64,000 nt of DNA from Malacoraja senta (GCA_038087875.1 JAXLNO010002682.1:186001-250000), one strand, 5' to 3'; positions 37,687 through 49,846 are shown, counted from the stretch's first letter. Numbers and translations are program-made. The notes: a model not told the origin generated them from the sequence alone.

Positions 37687-38264
37687 TTAAGATGTCACTT
37701 CCAGCTGGTTCTGTTATGGCAGTTGGAAGAAGCTTTTATTACTTGTTTTATCTTTCAGTAATCAGACTCTAGCTAGAAAGTTAAATTCAATTTGTCAGCT
37801 GATGAGGTAAGCAATTTTCTGACTACATCTATGAGGTGCAAGATCTTATAAATCAGATCTCTTAAAGGTCAAGTTGAGCAGATCCAGCTGCACCATTGAG
37901 ATGGTTCCCAGAATCTACATTCATCACTTATGGAAGTCACATAAGCAACAATGTTCAATGTAATTCCTCTATTCTAACTTAATTCCAATTCATCTTTATA
38001 CTGAATTTGACTAGATGACATGTTGTATGGATTCTGCTTTTTTTTGCCACCATTGACAATCATAAATCCTGAGAATTTCAGCCGACTTTTCAGTGTATTA
38101 ATTAATGATTACCACTTAATTTCACACACCTTCAATTTCATTTGCATTCTGTTGGGTATCAGTGGGTTCAGAAGCTTCCATCTTCTCAGGCTGAAGGGTG
38201 GTCTCAATCTTGCTGTGACCATCCAGCACCAATTCCTGAACATGTCAAAGAAAAAGAGCATGTT

Positions 38265-38630
38265 CACAGGTACTAACACAACATCAAGAAATTTAGACAG
38301 GTATATGGATAGGATAGGTTTAGAGGAATATGGGCCAAACACAGCAAGTGGAACCTAGTGTAGATGGGACATGGTCCGTGTGGGCAAGAAGGGCCCAAGA
38401 TCATAGATCTGACTCTGTGAAAAGGCTCAGATCAACCTTATAAAAATTCCATTCACTAGGATAATATCTGCCACAGCAGGTGGTGGAGGCAGATACATTT
38501 ATAATGGTTAATTGACATTTGGATTGGTACTTGAATCAGAGACCATAAGAGGTACATTGGCCTTGTGGGCAAATGAAAAAGCATATATACAAGGTGGGCT
38601 GAAAGGGCCAGTTTCTGTGCTAAAGGATTT
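38265..38630 (+). mobile_element. Two short old CR1 3' fragments
   Basis: ttagacaggtatatggataggataggtttagaggaatatgggccaaa motif, as in other CR1 tails. Confidence 0.6.
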
Positions 38631-39358
38631 TATTTTCTAGTGGGCATTCAGGAGCAGACAGAGAGTAGTTAGCCAATGTATATGCTCTCCTCACCCCATA
38701 TCCACATGCATGCTTTACTCCTCCCCAACACGGATGGCAGATTGGATTTGTAATCCAATGAAAATTGGATTACAAATAAAAGGGGACATGCTTAAATTTT
38801 TGTTTTATCTGGGTGAAGAACATTAAAGACAATTGCTTTTGTTAAAGCCCACTAATGTAGCACAATGCATGGAATAAGTGGAAAAGATGACAGTGGACTC
38901 AAGGGCGAGCATCAGTGAAAACAAAACATTAAAACTCAGGAAAAATTTCACATCTGGAATGTTAACAGTAATTATACACAATAGGAGCAAGTTGAAAAGC
39001 AACTTATTTGGATGCAATTAATTTTCAACTTGGGCAGATTTTCCACCGATGATATTGAATATAATGAGGGACAGCAGTAAGTTTCTTACTTACTCTTTAT
39101 CTGAGATAATGGTCATCAAGGGGAAATATTCTGATGGTTAAAGTAACATGTTGCCCTGAGGAAGTAGTAGTTGGAGATGAGTTATACACCGGACCTATAG
39201 GCAGACCACTATCGCCAGCTGGCCAGCGTAAGGCAGGGGAGGCGGCAGATGAAGAGCAGGCTATATTACAAGAGCGAGAGAGCGCGAGAGTTCCGTTGCA
39301 CAAGGCTGTAGAATTCCGCATACCGTATTTGTTGATCCATCAAACTTCAAGAACTTAC

Positions 39359-39547
39359 ATGAATGAGTTGATCCTTTTTCTGAAGAAGTTCTTTGAGGTG
39401 GGCTATTTCCATTGACAGCTGCGGCGCAGAAATATTTTGCTTGGTGAATTTTGCTATTACCCGATCCTTCTCCATGAGCTGGTGACGCAAGGCCTGAAGT
39501 TCACATTTCTTCTCCGCAAGAGCGCAAGCTAACCTCTCAGCTGAATC
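39359..39547 (-). CDS. PDE4DIP: PDE4DIP coding exon (DSAERLACALAEK...KDQLIH), 189 nt
   Basis: ttattcag|GAT ... CAT|GTAAGT, phase 0-0, open frame. Confidence 0.88.
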
Positions 39548-40149
39548 CTGAATAATTGAAAGAAAATATGCTGTAAATTAAATGCTGTAAAGACAGTGGC
39601 AAATTATGTGTTGCAACTTGGCTCACATACTAACCCTCATAGTTGCTTCAAGTCTATTTGAACATTCTTCTACTGACTGTAATACTAAAATAAAGCTGCA
39701 CTGAGTCAATATAGACTGGAACAATCACCAAAATAGGCCACCGAGTTTGATTCAACATCTTACTTATTTAATACAATCCAAAGAGGAAATACTCTCTGCC
39801 AATTGACATTGTAATTCACCATAGAACTTTCTAAGTTGAAGCACAGAGCCAGTTTTACTGTCTCTGCCAGAACAATCAGTTGTTATCTCAGTTTATGTGA
39901 ATACCTACAGTAACAACATTAAAAGCAATGTTGGACTCACTTGATCAGACCTGCTCAGTTTAGATTAGCTGATTGTGCAAATGTTTACCCCAAGTATATA
40001 TTTTCAGCTTGTACTTATTAATATATTAAGTGCATCTTGCAGTCTAGCTACCTACTGGGTTTAAATAACTTAATAATAAAGGTAAGGAAGAATCCCAGAT
40101 ATTCTACAGATGTGTTAAAAACAAAAACGTAACTAGAGAGAGAACAGGT

Positions 40150-40995
40150 CCCTTTAAGGATCAATGTGGTCATCGATGTGTGGAGCAACAGGAAATGGGG
40201 TAAGATGTACAGTGAATCTTTCTCATCTATATTTACCGTGGAGTAGGTCATGGAAGCCCAGATATTAAGGAATTGAAAAGTGATGTACTGGAACATATCC
40301 ACATTACAAAGGAGGAGGTGCTGTTAGTCAAAGCATATTAAAGTGAATGAATCTCTGGGATCCAACTATGTGTACACTAGGACATTGTGGGAAGTTGGGT
40401 CCAAGATATTGCATGGTCCTTAGTAGTGATATCTGCATCATGGTTCAATGATTTATAAAGAACCATTGAACCGTTAGCTTTGGGTGAGGTACTGGAAGAC
40501 AGGAGGATGGTTAATGCTATGCCTTTATTTAAAAAGGGCTGGAAGGACAAGCCAATGAACTACTGGCCGATTAGCCCAACATCAGTGATGGTAAAATTAC
40601 TGGAGGGGATTTGAGAGTCAGGATCTACCTGCTTTTGGCATGGCAAGGACTGATTAGCTAGTAAGCATGCCTTTATGTGTGATAAATTGTGTCTCACAAA
40701 TTTATGTTTTTGAAGAGGTGATTAATCGGATTGACAAGTGCAGAGCAGTAGATATTGTCTACATGGACCTTAACAACGCCTTTGACAAGATCCCACACAG
40801 TAGTCTGAGGTCCAAAGGATTTGAGGGATAAACATTTCCACACAGCAGGTGATGGGTATATGGAACTAGCTGCCAGAGGACATTGGAGATGTGGATAGAA
40901 TTATAATGATTAAAATACATTTGGACAGGTACCCAAATAGAAAAGGTTCAGCAGGTTATAGGCCAAATATAGGTAGATGGGACTAGCTCAGATAC
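40150..40995 (+). mobile_element. Degenerate CR1 with internal deletion
   Basis: Encodes VMPLFKKG-, RAVDIVYMD- and AFDKIPH-like motifs, followed by the 3' end. Confidence 0.75.
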
Positions 40996-41299
40996 TTATG
41001 TCCATTATCCAGTTAATTAGACTGAGAAACATTTAAATTAAAGATTCAAGGCAATTATATTTCTCCTATTGTTTGAATCTTGACCCATGTGGTGCTCCTC
41101 ATTCCATCCATAGGAAATCTGCCTTAATTAAGATATATTTGCATCCAATTATGTTGCTTTTCAATTTGATCCCATGTTTACCAAATACACAAATATAATT
41201 TTGCAACAAGTGAAAAGGAATTATCACCATCTTTATTTACCAGAAAAAGCATTTTTCAATGACTGCATCTTTGTGAATGTGAGGTCTTATGACCTTTTT

Positions 41300-41600
41300 G
41301 TGTCACCTGCAAACTTACTAACCATGCCTTATCCAATTCATTGATATAGAAGACAATGTCATCAGCACAGACCCGAACTACCAGTCACGGGCCTCCAGTC
41401 TGAAAAGTAACCTTCCACCATCAGCCTGTGCTTCCTACCATCTATTCAGTTACATATCCAATTAGTTAGCTCTCCCCCAACTGCATGCGATCTAATCTCC
41501 CACAGAAACTTACCTTGCAGAACCTAAAAAGCTTTGTTCAAGTTCAAATGGACTACATCTACTGCCCTCATCGACCTTCTTGGTTACTTCTTCAAAAAAT
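41300..41600 (-). mobile_element. Old CR1 RT fragment
   Basis: AVDVVHL..KAF region and the RPVTGS region on the minus strand. Confidence 0.6.
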
Positions 41601-41985
41601 TCAGTCAAATTCAAGAGGCATGCATATTATTTCAAATGACAATATTTCAGAAAATAATCCGATTCCAAGATAGAAGTACAATAGTACTTACAGTCAAGAG
41701 TTGTTTAATTGTCAGTTGCACCAACAATGTTGATCATTACAATTTTTATAATGGTTAAAACAAAGCATGCATAGGATTGGGCTGTGGTTTAAAAGAAATT
41801 AAATCTCCATTTTAAAAATTGTTTCTGAAAGGCAATGGTTCCCAGACACAATGTGTTATTTAAGAGAAGAGAAACAAGTGTATGTTAGCTCAGAAGGTTG
41901 CGATACATGCAGAGCAGATGGCATGGATCTTTTGCTGTTAGGGAATTAAACCTCACAGGAATAGTGCATCAACCTTGTGCATTAC

Positions 41986-42180
41986 CTTGGCCTGCTGTTC
42001 ATGGGTGTTGATAGTCTGCAGCAACTGTGTTACCTCTTGCTCGTGATGAGTTGCCACCTTGCATCTGTCGGTGAGCATCTCCTGCAGCATTTGCTCCTTC
42101 AGCTGCAGCTGCAGCTTTAGTTGCTCCATAATCTCATTGGGTCCAGAACAAACTTTGTTCATCAACACTGCAGTCAGGTC
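41986..42180 (-). CDS. PDE4DIP: PDE4DIP coding exon (DLTAVLMNK...HEQQAK), 195 nt
   Basis: ttggtag|GAC ... AAG|GTAATG; overlaps ORF 41953..42168; phase 0-0. Confidence 0.9.
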
Positions 42181-42991
42181 CTACCAAGAAGAATTTAGAT
42201 CAAGAGTGTAGACAGGAATTGTGCACAAACTTGTTCCTGAGAGACACACAACCCCAAACGATCCCACTTGTGTGAATTAGTTAGTAAATATCCCAATACT
42301 CTGCACTATGGCTTGATGAACATCCGAATTTGGCACACTTGGGTGATGTTCTGTGCACATTATTTTCACATATTCATCAGCCTGTTAATTTGAAACTAAT
42401 CTACTGCATTAAATAGGCACATATTAATTAGTGTTCCCAAAAGAAATGAAAGGTATCCCAGAAGCTTGTTTCAAATATCGGTGATATGCTGTCATATTCA
42501 TATCAGTTACCATCCCACAGGAATGGCAATGTGACAGGTACTGAATGACCAGGAATATCTGCAGAGAAACATGTTAAAATGAAAGAAGATTATTTACAGA
42601 ACCAACCAAGAAACAGATTCCCGACGACAGCTCAGATGGGTGAGGTGATCTGGGCAATGTGGGGGCTGAGGTGGTGGTAGCGGCATGAAGATTACAGTCT
42701 GACTTTCATAATGAAAGCAGGTGTGAACACAACAAAGACACATGGAAGATCTGCACTTCTTGGAGGTAAGGTGCACAAGAATCTTCCAATATATAGACTA
42801 ATGACTATTACGAATATAATTTTCCTCCTACAAACTATTCAAGCAAAACAAAATTGCTTGGTATGTGCACAATTGCAAAATCTTCTTTTATTTCCTATGC
42901 AAAACTAAACTTTCAGAAATTTTGTTCAACATCACAATGAACAGGGTTTGCCTCGTTTACTTTTCTTGACAAGGCCTTGCAAATTTCCTAC

Positions 42992-43171
42992 CTCTATCTC
43001 CTTTTTGCAATTCTGCAAAGCTGTCTGCAGCTGGGTGTTGACGTCATCTTTTTCCTTGAGGAAACTGCCAAGCTTTTCTTCCACCTCCTGTTTTAGCCAT
43101 TGCAGATTCTTGCACGCTGTTCCTAGTTGCTTGGCCTCCAGGTCCTTCTCTTTCACAAGACTATCCAGGCT
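42992..43171 (-). CDS. PDE4DIP: PDE4DIP coding exon (SLDSLVKEKDLE...KKEIE), 180 nt
   Basis: tttcag|AGC ... GAG|GTAGGA; overlaps ORF 42932..43156; phase 0-0. Confidence 0.9.
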
Positions 43172-43797
43172 CTGAAAGTCAGAGGGGAAAAAGACTTAGC
43201 AACGGAGTTGAAAGCCATTAAGTTTTTTTTTTTAAATCACATCTTCCACAAAACCAACACATTTAACAGTCTAGAATTCTGCCATTAAGACGAGAACAGA
43301 AATAATCTCAATCTACTAAAGGAATTGGTTTGTAGAAATAATCAAGATTTGCAACAAACTGCTTCAAAGTTAACTTTATAGTTTTAAATGAGTATTGTTC
43401 TACTCTCTCATCCATCCTCACTTTTTAGACAAGGAATAAAATTACATCATTACTGCCCCAGTCAAGCAGAATATATTTCTCTTCGCAGATTGTATGACAA
43501 CAATGCATAACCATTCATTTCAAGATCCTCTTGTGGATTTAGTATCAAGCAACTGGTCTTTCACATTCAGCACATTCTTCACAATTGCTCAGTTTACAAT
43601 ACAGCACTAGAATCGTTGCTCTACATTTTAAGGAACTCAACAAATTCCTCAACCTTTTAAATACAAAGACCACTCGATTCCTTCCATCCTACCCTCGCCC
43701 ACCCCCTGCCTTAAACAATAGCTCATTTTTGAAATTATCAGGAACCAAAATAATCATCAGTTTCAGCATAGCCTCAATGGCCAACACTGTTTCTTTT

Positions 43798-43892
43798 GGT
43801 CTGAAGAAGGGCTTTAACCCGAAACGTCACCCATTCATTCTCTCCAGAGATGCTGCCTGTCCCGCTGAGTTACTCCAGCATTTTGTGTCTAC
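43798..43892 (+). ncRNA. Penelope terminal unit with an intact minimal type I hammerhead-ribozyme core
   Basis: ggt CTGAAGA a-ggg-ctttaa-ccc GAAAC GTC acc: conserved core, stem II, palindromic ACGT stem III, GUC cleavage triplet, 3-bp stem I. Confidence 0.65.
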
Positions 43893-43899
43893 TCTTTCC

Positions 43900-44045
43900 T
43901 TTGAGTCAGGTGCATAAAGACCTAACTCCATTGAACTCCATTCCACAGCTTGAGCCAGTCTGGGCAGATAATTCAGCAGACTGAGGGAGTACTCTGCCAG
44001 AGGTGCAGTGTTTCGGATTATACATTAAATCATCCATATGCCTTT
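43900..44045 (+). mobile_element. Degenerate Deu-domain SINE fragment
   Basis: ctgagggagtactctgccagaggtgcagtgtttcggattatacattaaa resembles the Deu domain consensus as recalled. Confidence 0.45.
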
Positions 44046-44580
44046 CCGTAACTACCATCTCAAAAATGTTTTTACACAGTTCTAAAATCTACACAGAAGC
44101 ATAGCAGAAGGCTTCATGTGTGTGCAAGACCCTTTCTTGTTAAAAGAATGTGCAGCTCAACTATAACTGATTTATTTGCAATCTTTTATTGATAGATGAG
44201 CAGATGAGTCAGTAGCTTCTGGCTATAAAACACTAGAACATATTCTAGTTAATACAGAACTTTGAGACCATATTTTAGCAATGAAACAAAAAGGAATATT
44301 TGTGTACCTTTGACTGCAGGTTTTCTTCATACCTTAAGTGATTTAAACATTTCAGCTCAGTCGACAGCAACTGAAAATAATTTACCTTCAGCAGTAATTC
44401 TTTGACATTTAAAGAAAGATAGATCAGAATTCGGAGGTAAAACAAACCTGATACAGGCAAGTTACAATGAAACCATGCATTGAATCGAATCAAGCAAAAT
44501 CTATTTATTTCTAAGTGCTCTCATTGTACATTTACTTATTTTTGATATATCAATATTTGTAAATCCAGTGTGTCACTTAC

Positions 44581-44718
44581 ATCGATTGTTTCCTCATTAT
44601 TGGAGAAGATGTGACGGAATCTCTCCAGATCTCTGTCTTTTTCACGTAGAGCCAGATGCAGTTGCTGGATTTCACTTTCTTTTTCATCCAAGGAGCTGAA
44701 CTTTTCTTCAATGGTTCT
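44581..44718 (-). CDS. PDE4DIP: PDE4DIP coding exon (RTIEEKFSSLDEKE...NEETID), 138 nt
   Basis: ttttccag|AGA ... GAT|GTAAGT, phase 0-0. Confidence 0.9.
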
Positions 44719-44821
44719 CTGGAAAATAACAGAAAATTAGACTCTGGTCCTTAAAGATAGCCAGACTCTTGTAATTTTTGAAAAGTTCCAAACTTGAATA
44801 GATCTTGAACTCTGAAATCTA

Positions 44822-44921
44822 GTCAAGTCAAGTCAAGTGAGTTTATTGTCATGTGTCCCTGATAGGACAATGAAATTCTTGCTTTGCTTCAGCACACAGA
44901 ACATAGTAGGCATTTACTACA
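44822..44921 (-). mobile_element. About 100-bp 3' end of a Rex1/Babar LINE
   Basis: Reverse complement of 45928-46030; (CTTGA)n tail; TSD aaatcta at 44815-44821 and 44922-44928. Confidence 0.8.
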
Positions 44922-45052
44922 AAATCTACCCTCCTCTTCTCCCTGCACAGATAAAACAATACAGCACAGGAAACAGACCCATCAGCCCACAATGTCTGTG
45001 ATGAATGTGATGCCAAGACCAACTCTCATCAACCTGTATATAAACTATATTC

Positions 45053-46030
45053 GTTGACAATTAGCACGGGAGCACCTCAAGGCTGCGTGCTCAGCCCCCT
45101 GCTGTACTCACTCTATACTCATGACTGCGTAGCCGGACATAGTGCGAACTCCATCATCAAGTTCGCTGATGACACCACTGTTGTGGGACGTATCACTGAT
45201 GGTGATGAGTCAGAGTATAGAAGAGAGATCGAGCAACTGTCCATATGGTGCCAGCACAACAACCTGGCCCTCAACACCAGCAAAACCAAGGAACTGATTG
45301 TGGACTTTGGAAGGAGTAGGATGGGGACCCACAGTCCCGTTTATATCAACGGGTCGATGGTTGAAAGGGTCAAGAGCTTCAAATTCCTGGGCGTGCACAT
45401 CTCTGAAGATCTTTCCTGGTCCGAGAACAATGATGCCATTATTAAGAAAGCACATCAGCGCCTCTACTTCCTGAGAAGATTACGGAGAGTCGGTTTGTCA
45501 AGGAGGACTCTCTCTAACTTCTACAGGTGCACAGTAGAGAGCATGCTGACCGGTTGCATCGTGGCTTGGTTCGGCAACTTGAGTGCCCTGGAGAGGAAAA
45601 GACTACAAAAAGTAGTAAACACTGTCCAGTCCATCATCGGCTCTGACCTCCCTTCCATCGAGGGGATCTACCACAGTCGCTGCCTCAAAAAGGCTGGCAG
45701 CATCATCAAGGACCCACACCATCCTGGCCACACACTCATCTCCCTACTACCTTCAGGTAGAAGGTACAGGAGCCTGAAGACTGCAACGACCAGGTTCAGG
45801 AACAGCTACTTCCCCACAGCCATCAGGCTATTAAACCTGGCTCGGACATAACACTGAACTTTACTAGCCAATACTGTTATTTGCACTTTATCAGTATATT
45901 GACCATTGTGTATATATTTATAGAATGCCTTGTAGTAAATGCCTACTATGTTCTGTTGTGCTCAAGCAAAGCAAGAATTTCATTGTCCTACCAGGGACAC
46001 ATGACAATAAACTCACTTGACTTGACTTGA
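45053..46030 (+). mobile_element. Young 5'-truncated Rex1/Babar LINE (open RT C-terminal half)
   Basis: ORF 45054..45851: STGAPQGCVLSPLLY, IKFADDTTVVG, KKAHQRLYFLRRL, LLPSGRRYRS; AATAAA plus (CTTGA)n tail; atattc duplication. Confidence 0.92.
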
Positions 46031-46346
46031 TATTCCTCCGTGCTCTGTTTATCCATGTGCCTTCCAAAAGTCTCTTAAATGTCGCTATCAAATCACCCTC
46101 TACCTCTACCTCCACCACCCCCCCACCCCCCGAACCGGCAGCATGTTCCAGGTACTCGCCACCTTGTGTAAAAACAAAAACCAACACATCTCCTTTGAAC
46201 TTTGCAACTTTACCTGCTAGTAATTGGAATTTGCATCTTGAGAAAAATGTTCTCTCTATCCTATCTGTGCCTCTCATAATTGATATATTTCTCTTGTCAC
46301 CCCTCAATCTCCTGTGATCCAGAGAAACCAATCCAAGTCTGTCCAA

Positions 46347-46958
46347 GGTACACAAAAATGCTGGAGAAACTCAGCGGGTGCAGCAGCATCTATGGAGCGA
46401 AGGAAATAGGCAACGTTTCGGGCCGAAACCCTTCTTCAGACTGATAGGGGGTGGGGAGAAGAAAGGAAAAAAGGAAAAGGCGGAGGAGGAGCCCGAGGGC
46501 TGGGGGAGGGGAGGAGACAACCAGATGGCTGATGAAGGGGAGGGGACAGCCAGGGCTAGCAGAATTGGGAGAATTCAATGTTCAGGCCACCAGGATGTAG
46601 ACTGCCCAAGCGGAATATGAGGTGCATTTCCTCCAATTTACGGTGTTGCTCGCTGTGGCCATGGAGGAGACCCAGGACAGAGAGGTCAGATACGGAATGG
46701 GAGGGGGAGTTGAAGTGCTGAGCCACCGGGAGTTCAGGTTGGTTATTGCGGACCGACCGGAGGTGTTCGGCGAAACGATCGCCAAGCCTCCGCTTGGTCT
46801 CACCGATGTAGATCAGCTGGCATCTAGAGCAGCGAATGCAATAGATGAGGTTGGAGGAGATGCAGGTGAACCTCTGTCGCACCTGGAACGACTGCTTGGG
46901 TCCTTGAATGGAGTGGAGGGGGGAGGTGAAGGGACAAGTGTTGCATCTCTTGCGGTTG
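46347..46958 (-). mobile_element. Penelope-like element 3' part: GIY-YIG endonuclease plus hammerhead-bearing terminal repeat
   Basis: ORF 46556..46882: NLIYCIRC..C..IYIGET...RF.EH...VAQHF...E..LI..LGSL.P.GLN. Hammerhead core CTGAAGAAGGGTTTCGGCCCGAAACGTT on the minus strand at about 46412-46439. 13-bp TSD caagtctgtccaa. Confidence 0.92.
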
Positions 46959-47019
46959 CAAGTCTGTCCAATCTGTCCTTGTAGCCAATAGCCCCTAATC
47001 CAGGCATCATTCTGGTCAA

Positions 47020-47157
47020 GGGTCAGGTCAGTCTGAAGAAGGGTTTCGACCTGAAACGTTGCCTATTTCCTTCGCTCCATAGATGCTGCTGCACCCGCTG
47101 AGTTTCTCCAGCATTTTTGTCTACCTTCGATCTCCCAGCATCTGCAGTTCCTTCTTA
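47020..47157 (+). mobile_element. Solo Penelope terminal/hammerhead unit
   Basis: 14-bp TSD atcattctggtcaa at 47006-47019 and 47158-47171; ctgaagaagggtttcgacctgaaacgtt. Confidence 0.8.
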
Positions 47158-47355
47158 ATCATTCTGGTCAATCTTCTCTGCACTCTTTCCAAAGCTTCCA
47201 CATCCTTCCTGTATTGAGACAACCAGCACTGCACACAATACTCCAAATGCAGCCTAACCAGTCCTATAAAGCTCTATGATGGCTTCCTTACTGTTATGCT
47301 CAATGCCCTAACCAACGAAGGCAAGCATTGCATATGCCTTCATTACCACTATCAA

Positions 47356-48160
47356 CCGTATTTCCCGGCAACGAAGACGCTATTTTTTACCCAAAAATAA
47401 AGCACGAAAATTTACCTGCGTCTTGGAGGCCAAAGGTTAGATTGTTAGCCAAGAAAGATAGACTTGGCTATCCGTCAGTACAGCAACATCAAGAACGATG
47501 TTGCTGTATTGAGGGATAGCCAAGTCTACCCCTCATTGCTGGCAGCTGATGGGAAGCGGCTGTAAAAGGGGGGGGGGGGGGAGAAAGAGTTCCTTTCACA
47601 GCGTGTGGGGAGTCTGGCCTGGGTAAGCACGTCTGGGCTGCACAAAGTAGTAAACCTGGCTGGGCCGCCAGGGGTAAAGTTGCGCGGAGGGCAGGAGCGT
47701 TGAGGAGGGGGTCGGGGATCATGCCAGCAACTCACTCAGTAGCTTGGGTGGCTGCGAGCTGCCGCTGAGACCAGACAGCGGAACCAGCCGCCAGCTCAGC
47801 ACCTTCTGCCGGCCCGCCCGCCAGCCAGCTAGTCACGATGTCCTTCGGCACAGGCGTAACCAGTGGCGGTGGTGGTTGGTGGGTCATTACTGGGCGGAAG
47901 GCTGGCTGCTCTGTCCTGGGCTCTCTCTCTCTCCCGATTCAGCCAGGAAGTCCCCGTCCCTCAGACCTGAACTGCACAGAGCATTGTGGAACAGGCGAAG
48001 ATGGAGGCTCATTGCCTCTTTGAAGGAGTTTCACATCTTCCTTTTTACTGACTAAACCAAACCCTTGGATCCTGTCCCGCCAGCCTTTTTTCAAAATTTA
48101 GCAACTCAAAATGGGGGTGGGTCTTCGACGCAAGTGCATCTTCATTGCCGGGAAAAACGG
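47356..48160. mobile_element. Non-autonomous Tc1/mariner-superfamily (Tc2/pogo-like) element
   Basis: TIR CCGTATTTCCCGGCAACGAAGACGC / GCATCTTCATTGCCGGGAAAAACGG|TA; GC-rich non-coding interior. Confidence 0.8.
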
Positions 48161-48853
48161 TACTTGTGTTGTAACAAGGAGTTATGGACTTAAATCGCGC
48201 ATTCCCTCCATACGTCAATGCTGTTAAGAGTTTCCCCATTAATCGTCTGAAATTTTCCTCTTACATTTGACCTCCTAAAGTGCAACACCCAACGCTTGCT
48301 TGGGTTAAATGCTTTCTGCAATTTCTCCGCCCATTTATATAGCTGATCTACATCCCACTGGATACTTTGACAGCCTTACTCACGGTCTGCCATCCCAGCA
48401 ATTTTCACAATCTGCAAACTTACTAACCAACCTGTCAACCTTTATGTCCAAGTTAATTATATATACTATAAAGAACTGCCTGACCGGCTCCCTTCACAAG
48501 AAGAATTTATTTACACTCTAAAAAACAACAGTGGAAAATCCAATTAGTCCAAATAACTGAATGTTGCTACAAAAGATTGGTTAAAACATAGTCTATTATA
48601 TCAAGTTCACTTTCCTTCCCTCCAGCATAAAATTTATTGACGCTCCAATGAACCTCAACAAAAATTTAGTATCCACAGGCAATGTTCATTTCAAAATATT
48701 ACAATTCCCAAAAGTAGTCCTCATGAACTTTGTTTTAGTTTCACCTTTAATAAGTTTAATGGAATAATTGACTGTGACATAATTACAAGATGCATAGCAT
48801 AATCATTTGTGCATGAAACAGAAGTGAATATGAAGCAAGACACTCTGAAGTAC

Positions 48854-48967
48854 CTCCAAGGCTTTATCTCTCTCTTTGATATGCTCCCAGAGTTTATCAA
48901 CCAGAATATCTTTTCCTTCTGCACTTTGCTCGTCGTTCTGCTGGTATTCAAAGAGTTCAATATATTG
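48854..48967 (-). CDS. PDE4DIP: PDE4DIP coding exon (QYIELFEY...KERDKALE), 114 nt
   Basis: tcacag|CAA ... GAG|GTACTT, phase 0-0. Confidence 0.88.
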
Positions 48968-49427
48968 CTGTGAACAAAGAAAGAGAAATGCAAGTTACAA
49001 AGAATGCTTTGTTGCAATATCCTTTCATTTTAAGTACCTAGTTCGTTCTTGGCCAAGTTTGCCAAATTGGAAACTTTCATTAGTCTGTGCTTCTAAATGG
49101 TTCATTGTAAAGCGGCGAGCATGATTTCATCAAACTGTGGTGTAACCTGATACTGCATAGTAGGCTTCAATAGTTTCCTACTCATCTTGAAACCTCATTC
49201 AAATCTGAAGGACTGGAGCCAGAAACAGAAAATCTGACTTTTATTCACCAGTTAAACACTCAAGTATTTCTCCATCAACATCCTGATGTCACTGCTGATC
49301 AAAAGACCATCTGAATTAGTCACATAAATACAGTAGCTACAAAAACAGATTACTGGCTTGGTAGTTGTCCATATTGATCATAATGACTATATTGTGATTT
49401 GGTCTTTGGCAATGGTCTTATTCCTGA

Positions 49428-49846
49428 TATGTGTAGGAAGGAACTGCAGATGCTGGTTTAAACTGAAGATAGACCCAAAATGCTGGAGTAACTCAGAGGG
49501 ACAGGCAGCATCTCTGGAGAGAAGGAATGGGTAATGTTTTGGGTTGAGACCCTTCTTCAGACAAGTTACGGGAAAGAGAAACGAGAGATATAGACAGTGA
49601 TGTAGAGAGATATAGAATAAATGAATGAAAGATATGCAAAAAAGTAACAATAATAAAGGAAACAGGCCATTGTTAGCTGTTTGTTAGACGAGAACAGGAA
49701 CTTGGTGCGAGGTGGGTGGGGAGGGATGGAGAGAGAAGGAGTGCAGAGCTTACTTGAAGTTGGAGAAATCAATATTCATACCACTGGGTTGTATGCTGCC
49801 CAAGCGAATTATGAGATGCTGTTCCTCCTATTTGCGATTAGTCTCA
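49428..49846 (-). mobile_element. Penelope 3' end (GIY-YIG C-terminus plus terminal unit)
   Basis: Minus strand reads EEQHLIIRLGSIQPSGMNIDFSNFK*; 11-bp TSD cttattcctga at 49417-49427 and 49847-49857. Confidence 0.85.

Larger units (their letters stand above)
44950..48470 (-). mobile_element. CR1 3' fragment split by four nested insertions
   Basis: CR1 pieces at about 44950-45050, 46031-46346, 46959-47019, 47158-47355 and 48161-48470 (e.g. RLGLVSLDHRRLRGD). Confidence 0.75.

Noticed and set aside
47567-47581. Poly-G/poly-C runs (also 821-832, 50198-50208, 60167-60179)
   Set aside because: Homopolymers with uncertain assembly length; no evidence of function.
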